A DNA stretch of 33,207 bases, from contig PWZG01000382.1 in NCBI GenBank assembly GCA_003567575.1, forward strand, positions 1 to 33,207, in the 5' to 3' direction. This document shows positions 17,227 through 25,547 of this stretch, piece by piece (the stretch's first letter is position 1; the number at the start of each line of letters is the position of its first letter). Below the pieces are notes generated by a model that was not told where the DNA came from, did not search any database, and was given only the letters and a program-made list of their open reading frames with translations. A program made the position numbers and the translations under genes. The stretch comes from PVC group bacterium (GTDB taxonomy: Bacteria > Verrucomicrobiota > Kiritimatiellia > CAIKKV01 > PXCX01).

Positions 17227-18570
17227 ATGATTGAAACGATACAGAGCGATGTTATGGTTTGCGGCGGCGGTCCGGCGGGGATCGGCGCGGCTGTGGCTGC
17301 CGCGCGTTTAGGCCGGCAGGTGACGCTGGTTGAGCGTCATCCCATGCTGGGCGGTATGGGAACGGCGGCGTTGGTCAATAATTTTTGCCCGGCACATTTT
17401 GACCGGGAACGTTTTATTATAGGCGGTATATTTGCCGAATTGCGCGACCGACTGATTTCACGCAAGGCGCTGTACGCGATCCGCCCCACGGACACTGTTC
17501 ATCCCAGGATGGAACCCTATGATCCGGACGTGTTCGCGGAAGAGGCGCTGGCTTTTTGCCGTGACGCCGGCGTGGATGTTCTGCTTGAACGCCGGGTAGC
17601 CAACGCCGATTTCCAGCCAGCGCTTGCGTGCGCTGTTACTTTCGATGACGGCACGCAACGGAAGGCCGACGTAGTCGTGGATGCGACCGGTGACGCCGAA
17701 ATCGCGGCGGCCGCAGGCGTGCCGTGCTTGTTTGGGGAGGACGGCACACAGGCCGTCATGCCGCTGAGCTTATGCTACCTGATGGGGCCGATTGATCTTG
17801 ATGTCGCGCAACGCGAATTCCCGGAATCGGTATCGTATGATCCGAACCTTGACGAACATTATTTCTACTATACCGGAGCCAATCCCCGCGTACTTGCCTG
17901 GGTAGCGGACGCGCGCCGTTTAGGCGAACTGAGTATCCCCGTCAAAGGTATTGCCGCCATCATGAGCCTGCCGGGGCGGCCGTGGATTGCCATGGTAAAT
18001 TTCGGGCGCGTGGATATCCAGGACCCAACTGATCCGCGACTACTGGCAGACGCCACGGACGCTGGACGCCGACAAGTCGAGGAGGGGATACGCTTCTTCC
18101 GCAAGCACATGCCGGGAATGGACCGCGTCGAATTGGTGCAACTGGCACACCGGATCGGCGTGCGTGAATCGCGCCGGATTGTCGGCCGCTATACGCTGAC
18201 GGGCGGGGATGTCCGCGCCGGCCGCCAGTTCGATGATTGCATCGCGCAATGTTGCTATGCCATTGATGTGCATCATAATGGCCGCGATACGACCCTGCTG
18301 GAACCTTTTATGCGCGGTCGGCATTTCGATATCCCGTGGCGCAGCCTGGTGCCCATCGCCGGCCCTCCGAATCTTGTCGTTGCCGGACGCAGTATCGGCG
18401 CGGAGCGGGAGGCCATGAGCAGTTTTCGAGTTAGCCCGAGCTGTATGGCCATCGGTCAGGCGGCCGGCGCCGGCGCCGCGCTTGCGCTACAAAGCGGCGG
18501 TGTGATCGGTGACGTGGATTACGACGATTTGCGTCGCGTCCTTCTCGATCAAGGCGCGATTATTGCCTGA
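17227..18570 (+). CDS. FAD-dependent oxidoreductase (PF12831-like)
   Basis: The N-terminal dinucleotide fold is VMVCGGGPAGIGAAVAAARLGRQVTLVERHPMLGGMGT. There is no signal peptide. Confidence 0.85.
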   Translation: MIETIQSDVMVCGGGPAGIGAAVAAARLGRQVTLVERHPMLGGMGTAALVNNFCPAHFDRERFIIGGIFAELRDRLISRKALYAIRPTDTVHPRMEPYDPDVFAEEALAFCRDAGVDVLLERRVANADFQPALACAVTFDDGTQRKADVVVDATGDAEIAAAAGVPCLFGEDGTQAVMPLSLCYLMGPIDLDVAQREFPESVSYDPNLDEHYFYYTGANPRVLAWVADARRLGELSIPVKGIAAIMSLPGRPWIAMVNFGRVDIQDPTDPRLLADATDAGRRQVEEGIRFFRKHMPGMDRVELVQLAHRIGVRESRRIVGRYTLTGGDVRAGRQFDDCIAQCCYAIDVHHNGRDTTLLEPFMRGRHFDIPWRSLVPIAGPPNLVVAGRSIGAEREAMSSFRVSPSCMAIGQAAGAGAALALQSGGVIGDVDYDDLRRVLLDQGAIIA

Positions 18571-18639
18571 TAATTTGATATACGAAAAAAGGACCGCGCG
18601 TCGAACATGCCATCCTCCGTTTACTTACTTCCGACATTT

Positions 18640-18946
18640 CTGTGCGCAAACTGGACCATAGAACTTGGGTTCGCCGGCACGGCCCAGTTCATCACTATTT
18701 TTACAAGGTAAGTGTTTGACCATAATACGTGCAAAATGTACGATGCCTGGGCGAGATATCAATGCCCGAGTATATCGTCGGTTAATCTCTGATCAGTGCC
18801 GAGACCTACGCCTGTTTCGCCGTGGTCCGCACTGGGATGGCGTATCCGCGCGAAGCTCTGGAACAGGCGTGGAAGAACGTGTTGTTCAATCAGTTCAATG
18901 ATATTTTTTGCGGTTGCAGTATTCACGAGGTGCATGAGAATGAATA
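18640..18946 (+). pseudogene. Decayed internal fragment of a GH38 alpha-mannosidase
   Basis: The frame ending at TAA 18944-18946 reads AETYACFAVVRTGMAYPREALEQAWKNVLFNQFNDIFCGCSIHEVHE. This matches the GH38 block ..YP...L...W..LL.NQFHDI.PGSSI.EV. About 80 codons upstream, in another frame, NWTIELGF resembles the GH38 W.GELY.E block. Stops and frameshifts separate the pieces. Confidence 0.45.
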
Positions 18947-20556
18947 AATGTTTTAATCTTCATGACTATACTGTACGCGGTGACGGGGTATCCGACGACA
19001 CAACCGCGTTGACGCGGTGTTTCAGCGATGCCGGGAAGTCCGGCGGCGGATTTGTCATGATCCCGCCTGGCAACTATTTGCTGTCCGGCAAAGTGTCCGT
19101 GCCGCTCTGTTCCGGTCTGACCATACGGGCACACGGCGCTCGTTTCCATTTGCCCGAATGCCTTGGTGATCGCGCCGCGGTGACGCTGTTCAGCGGCAAC
19201 AACATCCGGGATTTTTCCTGGCAGGGCGGTCATTTCGAAGGACACTGTTTCGATCCCCGCCGGACAGACAACACGTGGGAACCGAACGTCAAAACCCGCG
19301 CCATCGCCATCGCCACGACACGGGGCGGATCGACTGCAAATCTGCGCTTCCGCGACATTACCGGGCATCGTCTGGCGGGCGCCGTGATCAGTGTTCAGGG
19401 AGTGGTCGGCGACGATGTATCCGAAGGCCACGTGGATACGTTCGCCAGCGCCGTCAGCGTTCAGGACTGTAATCTGGTGGACTGCGGTAACTTCATGTGG
19501 GATTACGGGTTGCTCTGGCAGATGGTCGTATGGCCGGAAGACTATACGCCGGCGGAAGTCGAACTTGCCTGGCGTTATTTCCGGCAGGATCTCGTGCGAC
19601 GTCCCGTTCTTATGCAGGACGGCGACGACCGCGTGCGCTTCGATAACACGCGCGACCCGATCGCAGCAAGTCGTCTGGCGGTCGATACCGAAACGTGTTG
19701 CTTTTTCGGCGACACGCTGCCGAACAATTTAAAACGGGGCCGTCGTTACTATATCGTGGATGCCGGAAGCGATTACATCCGAGTGGGCGATGCGCCGGGT
19801 GCTCCGGCCCTCCGCTTCGAGGGGTCGGCGGGATCCGAGGTCGGATTGATTGCCAATCTTTCCCAGGCGTATATGCATCTTTACCGCCCAACGGGGTCCG
19901 GGACGGGGAAGGGCGCCATTGATCTTGTCGCCTGCCGCCAGACCCTGCAAACCGGCAACCGGCTCAGCGCGCTGGGCGACACGCATCATCTGCAGTATTG
20001 CCACGACAATGTCCTGGCCAACAACCAGATCACCGGCTCCCGCATGGGCGCGTTCTTTATCGCCGAATATTGCAAGCATACCGTGGCCACCGGCAATACG
20101 GTTGACGGCACCAATGGGTCGCGGGTCATGAGTGTCGAGAAATCGAGCCAGAACGTCACGATCGCCGGCAACATTTTCCGCAACGGCGGCCGCGGCAGTT
20201 GGATTAATCAGCCGCGCGGGGTTATCCTGCGCGGCAACGTGTTTGAGAACAATACGACCAAAGGCGAACGTGATCCGCGGCGCGGACGGCGATCGTATAT
20301 AACCGGCGACTATGAGCGGTTTCCGGAACTCTACTTCACCATCTACGAACCCAAGGGCCACTATGGTCCGGTCATCATTCGCGATAATGTTTTTGTTACC
20401 GGCCCCGAATGCGCGGCGACCCTTGATTTCTCCAGCCACGGTCACGATATTTTCGTTGAGGGCAACAGCTTTGAAGGCGCGGTCCGTTCCATTCAGGTGG
20501 CGCCCGAATGCGAACGGGTGCATATCGGAGAGAATTCGGGACTGGCGGGCGTGTAG
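18934..20556 (+). CDS. Right-handed parallel beta-helix protein (pectate-lyase-superfamily / Pectate_lyase_3-like putative glycosidase or lyase)
   Basis: The start ATG 18934 follows cacGAGGtgc. The N-terminus FNLHDYTVRGDGVSDDTTALTRCFSDAGKSGGGFVMIPPGNYLL is the canonical start of this fold. Repeated N..I.GN turns follow (ANNQITGS, ATGNTVDG, IAGNIFRNG, LRGNVFENN, IRDNVF, VEGNSFEG). There is no signal peptide. Confidence 0.8.
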   Translation: MRMNKCFNLHDYTVRGDGVSDDTTALTRCFSDAGKSGGGFVMIPPGNYLLSGKVSVPLCSGLTIRAHGARFHLPECLGDRAAVTLFSGNNIRDFSWQGGHFEGHCFDPRRTDNTWEPNVKTRAIAIATTRGGSTANLRFRDITGHRLAGAVISVQGVVGDDVSEGHVDTFASAVSVQDCNLVDCGNFMWDYGLLWQMVVWPEDYTPAEVELAWRYFRQDLVRRPVLMQDGDDRVRFDNTRDPIAASRLAVDTETCCFFGDTLPNNLKRGRRYYIVDAGSDYIRVGDAPGAPALRFEGSAGSEVGLIANLSQAYMHLYRPTGSGTGKGAIDLVACRQTLQTGNRLSALGDTHHLQYCHDNVLANNQITGSRMGAFFIAEYCKHTVATGNTVDGTNGSRVMSVEKSSQNVTIAGNIFRNGGRGSWINQPRGVILRGNVFENNTTKGERDPRRGRRSYITGDYERFPELYFTIYEPKGHYGPVIIRDNVFVTGPECAATLDFSSHGHDIFVEGNSFEGAVRSIQVAPECERVHIGENSGLAGV

Positions 20557-20565
20557 CGCCAGATC

Positions 20566-20630
20566 CAAGCATGTTTGCGTAAAAACAAGAAAAAAATGGC
20601 GCGGAGCTATGGATGGTGTCGGGCAAGCGG
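20566..20630 (+). repeat. Interspersed repeat copy C (core, closest to copy D)
   Basis: cCAAGCATGtTTGCGTAAAAACAAGAAAAAaATGgCGCGGAGCtATGGATGGTGTCGGGCAAGcGG starts 10 nt after the beta-helix gene stop. It shares the GTGTCGGGCAAG junction with copy D. Confidence 0.55.
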
Positions 20631-20676
20631 TCTTCTTCCCGCCCTCTCACCTTTGGCTGAATTATCGAGGAGATGC

Positions 20677-20779
20677 CATGCAAGATATCATTTTCCGGTA
20701 CCACGACAATCCGGTGTTACAAGCCTCGGATATTCCCTATCCGGCAACGCTTATCTTCAATGCGCTGTGCACCGCATAA
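20677..20779 (+). pseudogene. 33-codon stub resembling the N-terminus of a GH130 (beta-mannoside phosphorylase/DUF377-type) protein
   Basis: The stub has an RBS (cGAGGAGatgcc before the ATG). It reads MQDIIFRYHDNPVLQASDIPYPATLIFNALCTA then stop. GH130 proteins begin ..R...NP(I/V)L...D.PYPA..(V/I)FN(P/A). The frame ends just before the RBS of the next gene. Confidence 0.4.
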
Positions 20780-20793
20780 AACAGGAGAAAACC

Positions 20794-21933
20794 ATGAATT
20801 CCAAAGAACGAGTGACCGCGGCCATCGCGCGAAAACATGTGGACCGTGTCCCGCTGGGCTTCTATGCCGTTGACCATGACATTATCGAGCGCGTCATCGG
20901 GCGGCCCACGTTGATTCGCAACAAAATCGAGACCCAGATTGCGATCTGGGAAGGCCGTCGGGATGAACTTGCGGAAAGCTACAAGAAGGACAGTGTAGAG
21001 TTCTACCGCAAAATCGATTGCGCCGATCTCATTCTGTTCAAGGAGGCGCCACTCCTGCCGCCCTCCGACTACGAACCGGATCCTCCGAAGAAAATCGGCG
21101 ACGATATTTGGGAAGACCGCCATGGCCGCGTGTGGCAAGCCGACCGCCATGCAAACGATATCATGTGCTTCAACAAGCCTGCCGCCCATCCCAAGATTTA
21201 CTCGGTCGATGACTTTCCGATTCCCGAGTCCGTCCAACCCCCGTCGCCGTCGATCTTCGAAGCGTTCGACCACCTTCTTCGTGAACTGGGCGAGGAACGT
21301 TACATCTGCGGCCCCATGCACGCGGCGCCAATGCCGATGCTCGGATCGTTCGAGGATGCCATGGTCATCTATGCCACGCAGCCCGAATTGATTCATGCCG
21401 CCAACCGGCGCAACGTGGCGATCCAGCGCCGGCTCGATCAATACTACTGTCGCCCGGGTATGGCGGGTGCGCACGGGGGGCAGGACATGGCCGGCACCAA
21501 CGGCCCGTTCATTTCCCCGGCCATGTGGCGCGAAATGTGTTTACCCACCCTGAAACAGCGAATTCGGGATATCAAACAACATGTCGGCCAAGTCAACTTT
21601 CACGGCTGTGGCAAAACCATCGACCTTCTGGACATGATCGCGGACGCGGGCGTGGACTGCTATCAGTCCCTTCAAACCACGGCCGGCATGGAAATCGGCA
21701 TGCTGAAAGAACGGTTCGGTCAGCGCATGGCCTTTTGGGGCGGCCTCGCGATGGAAACACTGATCACGGGAACCCCCGAAACGGTACGTCAAGCGGTGCG
21801 CACCGCCATGGAACGGGGCGCTCCCGGCGGCGGATTCATCCTCGGCCCCAGCCATTCCGTGGCAAAAAACACGAAATACGAAAACTTTATGGCCATGCTG
21901 GACGAATTCGTCAAACTCCGCGACAGGTACTGA
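20794..21933 (+). CDS. Uroporphyrinogen decarboxylase (URO-D) family protein, MtaA/CmuA-like TIM barrel of unknown substrate
   Basis: The RBS is acAGGAGaaaacc before ATG 20794. The N-terminus MNSKERVTAAIARKHVDRVPLGFY is typical of the family. C-terminal FWGGL...GGGFILGPSHSV blocks are present. The listed ORF start at 20575 is an in-frame extension through the repeat and the stub. Confidence 0.8.
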   Translation: MNSKERVTAAIARKHVDRVPLGFYAVDHDIIERVIGRPTLIRNKIETQIAIWEGRRDELAESYKKDSVEFYRKIDCADLILFKEAPLLPPSDYEPDPPKKIGDDIWEDRHGRVWQADRHANDIMCFNKPAAHPKIYSVDDFPIPESVQPPSPSIFEAFDHLLRELGEERYICGPMHAAPMPMLGSFEDAMVIYATQPELIHAANRRNVAIQRRLDQYYCRPGMAGAHGGQDMAGTNGPFISPAMWREMCLPTLKQRIRDIKQHVGQVNFHGCGKTIDLLDMIADAGVDCYQSLQTTAGMEIGMLKERFGQRMAFWGGLAMETLITGTPETVRQAVRTAMERGAPGGGFILGPSHSVAKNTKYENFMAMLDEFVKLRDRY

Positions 21934-21950
21934 AACGCCGTAAAGATATT

Positions 21951-22080
21951 GTCTGAGAGACACCCAATATCCAACATCGAACATCGAAGTGAGCGAAAAC
22001 AGGCGTAATACAGAACTCCGGCAACTTATGCTCCTCCGCGTTGGATGTTGGATGTTGGATGTTCGATGTTTTTCTCAGTC
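21951..22080. repeat. Imperfect inverted repeat built from degenerate heptamers, about 18 nt after the URO-D-family stop
   Basis: The left arm is tctgagaga cacccaa TATCCAA CATCGAA CATCGAA gtgagcg (21952-21995). The right arm is gcg TTGGATG TTGGATG TTGGATG TTCGATG tttttctcagt (22038-22079). The outer ctgaga/tctcag segments pair. About 45 nt separate the arms. Confidence 0.55.
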
Positions 22081-22316
22081 ACCCCCCGAAAAATCCGAGC
22101 TTGCTCAAAGGCCCGACTGACCTCTGGATTACAGTAAAAACCCGCCTTATCGCCTTACATTCAGCATCGATTTTTCACGCTTTTCATTGTCGAATATTAC
22201 CACATATTGTCCTTGCGCACGGTGCTCCAATTTAGTATCCTGTTTTTCATGGATACGAGATAAATCCGCCAAAACATTGCACGGAGAGAAGGTCAACATC
22301 GACGCTGGACGTTCCC

Positions 22317-22332
22317 GGCGCCACGTGGCGCC
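22317..22332. promoter_or_regulatory. Perfect 16-nt palindrome GGCGCCACGTGGCGCC upstream of the DUF4838 gene
   Basis: The sequence is exactly self-complementary. It lies 64-79 nt upstream of ATG 22396. It is a candidate dimeric regulator site or an RNA hairpin in the 5' UTR. Confidence 0.3.
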
Positions 22333-22395
22333 TCGCGCTGCCGCGCGATCCATCCGATTTTCGGGATCGTCTGAAAAACAACAAGGAGGCAACGC

Positions 22396-24840
22396 ATGAA
22401 ACACTGCAAACGAACCCATTATCTGATCTTGACCGCATTGGCGGCGATGATCAGCACGGTTTGGAGCATGGCGGGATCTCCGCGCGCCGTCGAGCTTGCG
22501 CGCGGGACTGAAGCGCGCGCCGTGATTGTCGTTCCCGAGGGCGCGATGACGGAAAACGCCGATCCAGGCGATTTCCTTGAACATATCGCCGAGATCCGGC
22601 GTCAATTACAGCAGGAATCGGTCGAAGATCTGGCGCATTATCTCGGCCGGATGTCCGGTGTCGAGATCGAGCTTGTCGAGAATCTGCCCGCGGACGATCC
22701 ACGGACGCCGATTTATATCGGATCGCGTGCGCAAGCGGTCTTCGGTCCGGTCGGAATATCGAAGGCGGACACGTATGGATTCCGGGTGGTGGCCGACCGC
22801 CGGCGCGGCATCGGGCTTTACGGCGAGACGGAACACGGCACGAGTTACGCGATTTACGAATTACTGCATCGCCTGGGTTGCCGCTGGTATATGCCGACCG
22901 AGCTCGGTGAAGTGGTTCCCGACCGGCCGGATTTGAGTGTCCCGGAAATGGACGCCCAACTGGCGCCGGCAACCCTTAATCGGAGCATGAGCTTACGGAT
23001 TCGGAAGCACGGCACGGACTGGCAGCGCCGCAACCGGTTCAGTCGCGGTGGTGGTCTGGGGCGTATCCCGGGCCCCGTGAACCGGATTGTCTATGGCGGC
23101 GACCGGATTGGGGTTGCCGCCGGCCATAACATGTTGTGGCGCCTGATTCAAGGCAAAGGAATGAGAGATCGGGCATTCAACTGGACCGATCCGGATTTAG
23201 CTGAAGCCATGGCAAATACGATCCTCGAACATATCGAGGCCCATTTCGAGGAAACGCTGGCGGCGGGATTCCCGTTGCATTACCGGCTCAATATGCCGGA
23301 CGGCCAATTCCCCACCGAAGATCCCGAGGAACGCAAGCATGATCCCGAGCCGCGCGTCTGGGAACCGGCCGCCGGACGCTGGTCGATTACCGACCGCTTG
23401 ATTCTGCTGGCCAACCGCATGCTGGAACAGATTACCGAACAACATCCCGATGTGCACCTCGAGTTGTTGGGTTACGTCAATCACAGTATGCCGCCGGAAC
23501 GGTATGAACCACATTCCAATATTTTCTGGACGATTGCACCGATAGATTTCAACCGCCATCATCCGATGACCTGGCCGGATCATCCCAATGAATTCTGGTT
23601 GCGCGAGATGGTCGAGGGCTGGGGCGAAAAGGATGTCCGCCTGGGCGCCTACTGGTACGGCATCAACCTGGCCGAATTGAGCGCGCCCTGCCCCTTCATT
23701 ACAAGATGGAGTACGGATATCGGGATTCTGCTGGAAAACAAGCTGACCGATTGGAAACCGGAAACCATGAACGGCTTTGACTCGATGCTGCCGGGTTATT
23801 ATCTGAGCGCGCGCATGACCTTCGATCCAACCGAGACACCCGCGGAAATTCTCGATGACATGTGGACGCGTTTCTATGGGCCCGCCGCCGAAGCGATGGC
23901 CGGCTACTGGACCGGGATCGATCAAGCCTATCTCGAAGCGCGTGAGTATGCGGGCAGTCCCTACGGTTATCTCAAGATCTTCACCCCCGGGGTGATGGCG
24001 GACGCCCGCGCCGCTTTGGATACCGCGCTGGCGGCGGCGGGCAAGCCCGAAGATGCGTATTACCGGCGCGTAAAATTGATCGATGAATCGTTTTCGTTGT
24101 TCGAACAATACATGGCCATGCGCCGTGACTGGGCTGCCGGCAACCTCGCGAACCTGGATGCCGATTACGCGGCCTGGCGGACCGGCGTCACCAACATGGT
24201 GCACCGCTACGACACACGCTACGGAACCGGGAATGCCGTCCAGGGCCGTCACGGCAATCCGTTCTGGAGCGATCGCTTTATTCGTTCCGCCTACGAAGAC
24301 GGCGCCCGCATGGAACGCGAGTATGCGCGCCTGGGCGAACCGATGCTGGAATGGAAATGGCGGCATAATCCCGGCCCGGAAGAAGAGGCCCTGCCCTGGA
24401 GCGAACCGGATTACGATGACGCGGACTGGCCGGTCAAACACGTGGTGCGCGATACCTGGTCGTCGATCGGCCACCACCTGACCATGACCGATGAACCCTC
24501 GGGCCGCTCCGGCCGGATGGCATACCGCAATACGCAAACCTTGCCCGATATACCGGACGGGAAGCGGATCTTTTTATGGCTCGGCATGACCGACGGCCGC
24601 GCCAAACTCTTTGTCAACGGTCAACATATTCCCTATGTCGTCCCGGAGGAAACGCGCCATCACGAAGCCGGCGAGGCGCTGGACCGTTTCGACGGCTATA
24701 CCGATCCGGCGCGTTTCGACATTACCGCTGCCGTGAAACCCGGCGACAACCAAATCACCATCCTGGCCGAACGCCACCATCTCAACGAGCTGGGCACCGG
24801 CGGCATCATGGGGCCGGTGGTGATCTACCGGGAGAAATGA
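22396..24840 (+). CDS. Secreted DUF4838-domain protein (putative glycoside hydrolase) with a C-terminal galactose-binding-like jelly roll
   Basis: The RBS is cAAGGAGGcaacgc before the ATG. A Sec-type signal is present (MKHCKRTHYLILTALAAMISTVWSMAG). The DUF4838 hallmark GTSYAIYELLHRLGCRWYMP is present. The C-terminus reads IFLWLGMTDGRAKLFVNGQHI...NQITILAE. Confidence 0.8.
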   Translation: MKHCKRTHYLILTALAAMISTVWSMAGSPRAVELARGTEARAVIVVPEGAMTENADPGDFLEHIAEIRRQLQQESVEDLAHYLGRMSGVEIELVENLPADDPRTPIYIGSRAQAVFGPVGISKADTYGFRVVADRRRGIGLYGETEHGTSYAIYELLHRLGCRWYMPTELGEVVPDRPDLSVPEMDAQLAPATLNRSMSLRIRKHGTDWQRRNRFSRGGGLGRIPGPVNRIVYGGDRIGVAAGHNMLWRLIQGKGMRDRAFNWTDPDLAEAMANTILEHIEAHFEETLAAGFPLHYRLNMPDGQFPTEDPEERKHDPEPRVWEPAAGRWSITDRLILLANRMLEQITEQHPDVHLELLGYVNHSMPPERYEPHSNIFWTIAPIDFNRHHPMTWPDHPNEFWLREMVEGWGEKDVRLGAYWYGINLAELSAPCPFITRWSTDIGILLENKLTDWKPETMNGFDSMLPGYYLSARMTFDPTETPAEILDDMWTRFYGPAAEAMAGYWTGIDQAYLEAREYAGSPYGYLKIFTPGVMADARAALDTALAAAGKPEDAYYRRVKLIDESFSLFEQYMAMRRDWAAGNLANLDADYAAWRTGVTNMVHRYDTRYGTGNAVQGRHGNPFWSDRFIRSAYEDGARMEREYARLGEPMLEWKWRHNPGPEEEALPWSEPDYDDADWPVKHVVRDTWSSIGHHLTMTDEPSGRSGRMAYRNTQTLPDIPDGKRIFLWLGMTDGRAKLFVNGQHIPYVVPEETRHHEAGEALDRFDGYTDPARFDITAAVKPGDNQITILAERHHLNELGTGGIMGPVVIYREK

Positions 24841-25157
24841 GAGCATGATCGACCGGGATATGGTTCGGGAATCGCTGGCGGGGCCTGTGACATCAATCCT
24901 GACGCCGGTCCGCCAGACGGCGCGACGGGCGCTGGTGGTGGCCGCCCTGCGCCAGTCTTTCCGACCCGGAAATGGAACAACTCGAAACTGATTTGAGAGA
25001 GGCTGGAATCCTGTGAATTCCAGCGCGAAAAGACAATATACGGGGATGTGAAAGACCATGAAACGAGATCCTTCGGACTGCTTCGCTGGGGCGATCCGGC
25101 AGAGGTTGGTTGTCTGATCGCGACGCGACACGCCTGTTCTCAGAGACGAATTTGGCC

Positions 25158-25184
25158 TCAGATCGTGTGCACGATCTGATTTTT
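25158..25184 (+). terminator. Intrinsic-terminator-like hairpin plus T-tract
   Basis: TCAGATCGTG (25158-25167) pairs with CACGATCTGA (25170-25179), followed by TTTTT (25180-25184). It lies about 320 nt downstream of the DUF4838 stop. A degenerate copy of the same motif lies at 25401-25431. Confidence 0.4.
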
Positions 25185-25547
25185 CAGGGGATGAAAGAAC
25201 GAATATCGCTTGGAGCCGGCCGCCTGCCCGCCCGCGGCGGGTCCCCGGCCGGATGGGAAACCGTGACGACCATGCGAAGAAACGGCGGGGGATCCGCCTG
25301 CGATGCAGTCGCGACGCGCCGCCGTCTCCAGATATTGGCAGAATAATTTAGGACAGGAATAATTTTCGGAAAGTTTTTTAAGTGGTAACGGTTCGGTTTT
25401 GCCTCAGACGGCGTGCGCTATCAGATTTTTCGGAGCACGATTACGGGCGACGATTACGAGACACGAGGATGAGAGCAGAAGTGTCTGTCCCTTTACGGTC
25501 TTACGGTCATTTCAAGCGATGCAAAACATACCGGATATCAATCCTGT

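Noticed and set aside
23197-24537. Long antisense or alternative-frame ORFs lie inside confident genes. Examples are 23197..24537 (-), 30279..31784 (+), 19729..20568 (-), 20737..21474 (-), 1551..2270 (-), 3963..4715 (-), 14297..15022 (+) and 27846..28682 (+).
   Set aside because: They lie entirely within genes that have strong family motifs. Their translations are Arg/Gly/Pro-rich and low in complexity, as expected for shadow frames in GC-rich DNA. They lack RBSs and recognisable motifs.
25110-25346. ORF 25110..25346 (+, 78 aa) in the gap between the DUF4838 gene and the protease gene.
   Set aside because: It reads through the terminator-like hairpin and a GC-rich palindrome. It has no RBS and a low-complexity Arg/Gly composition.
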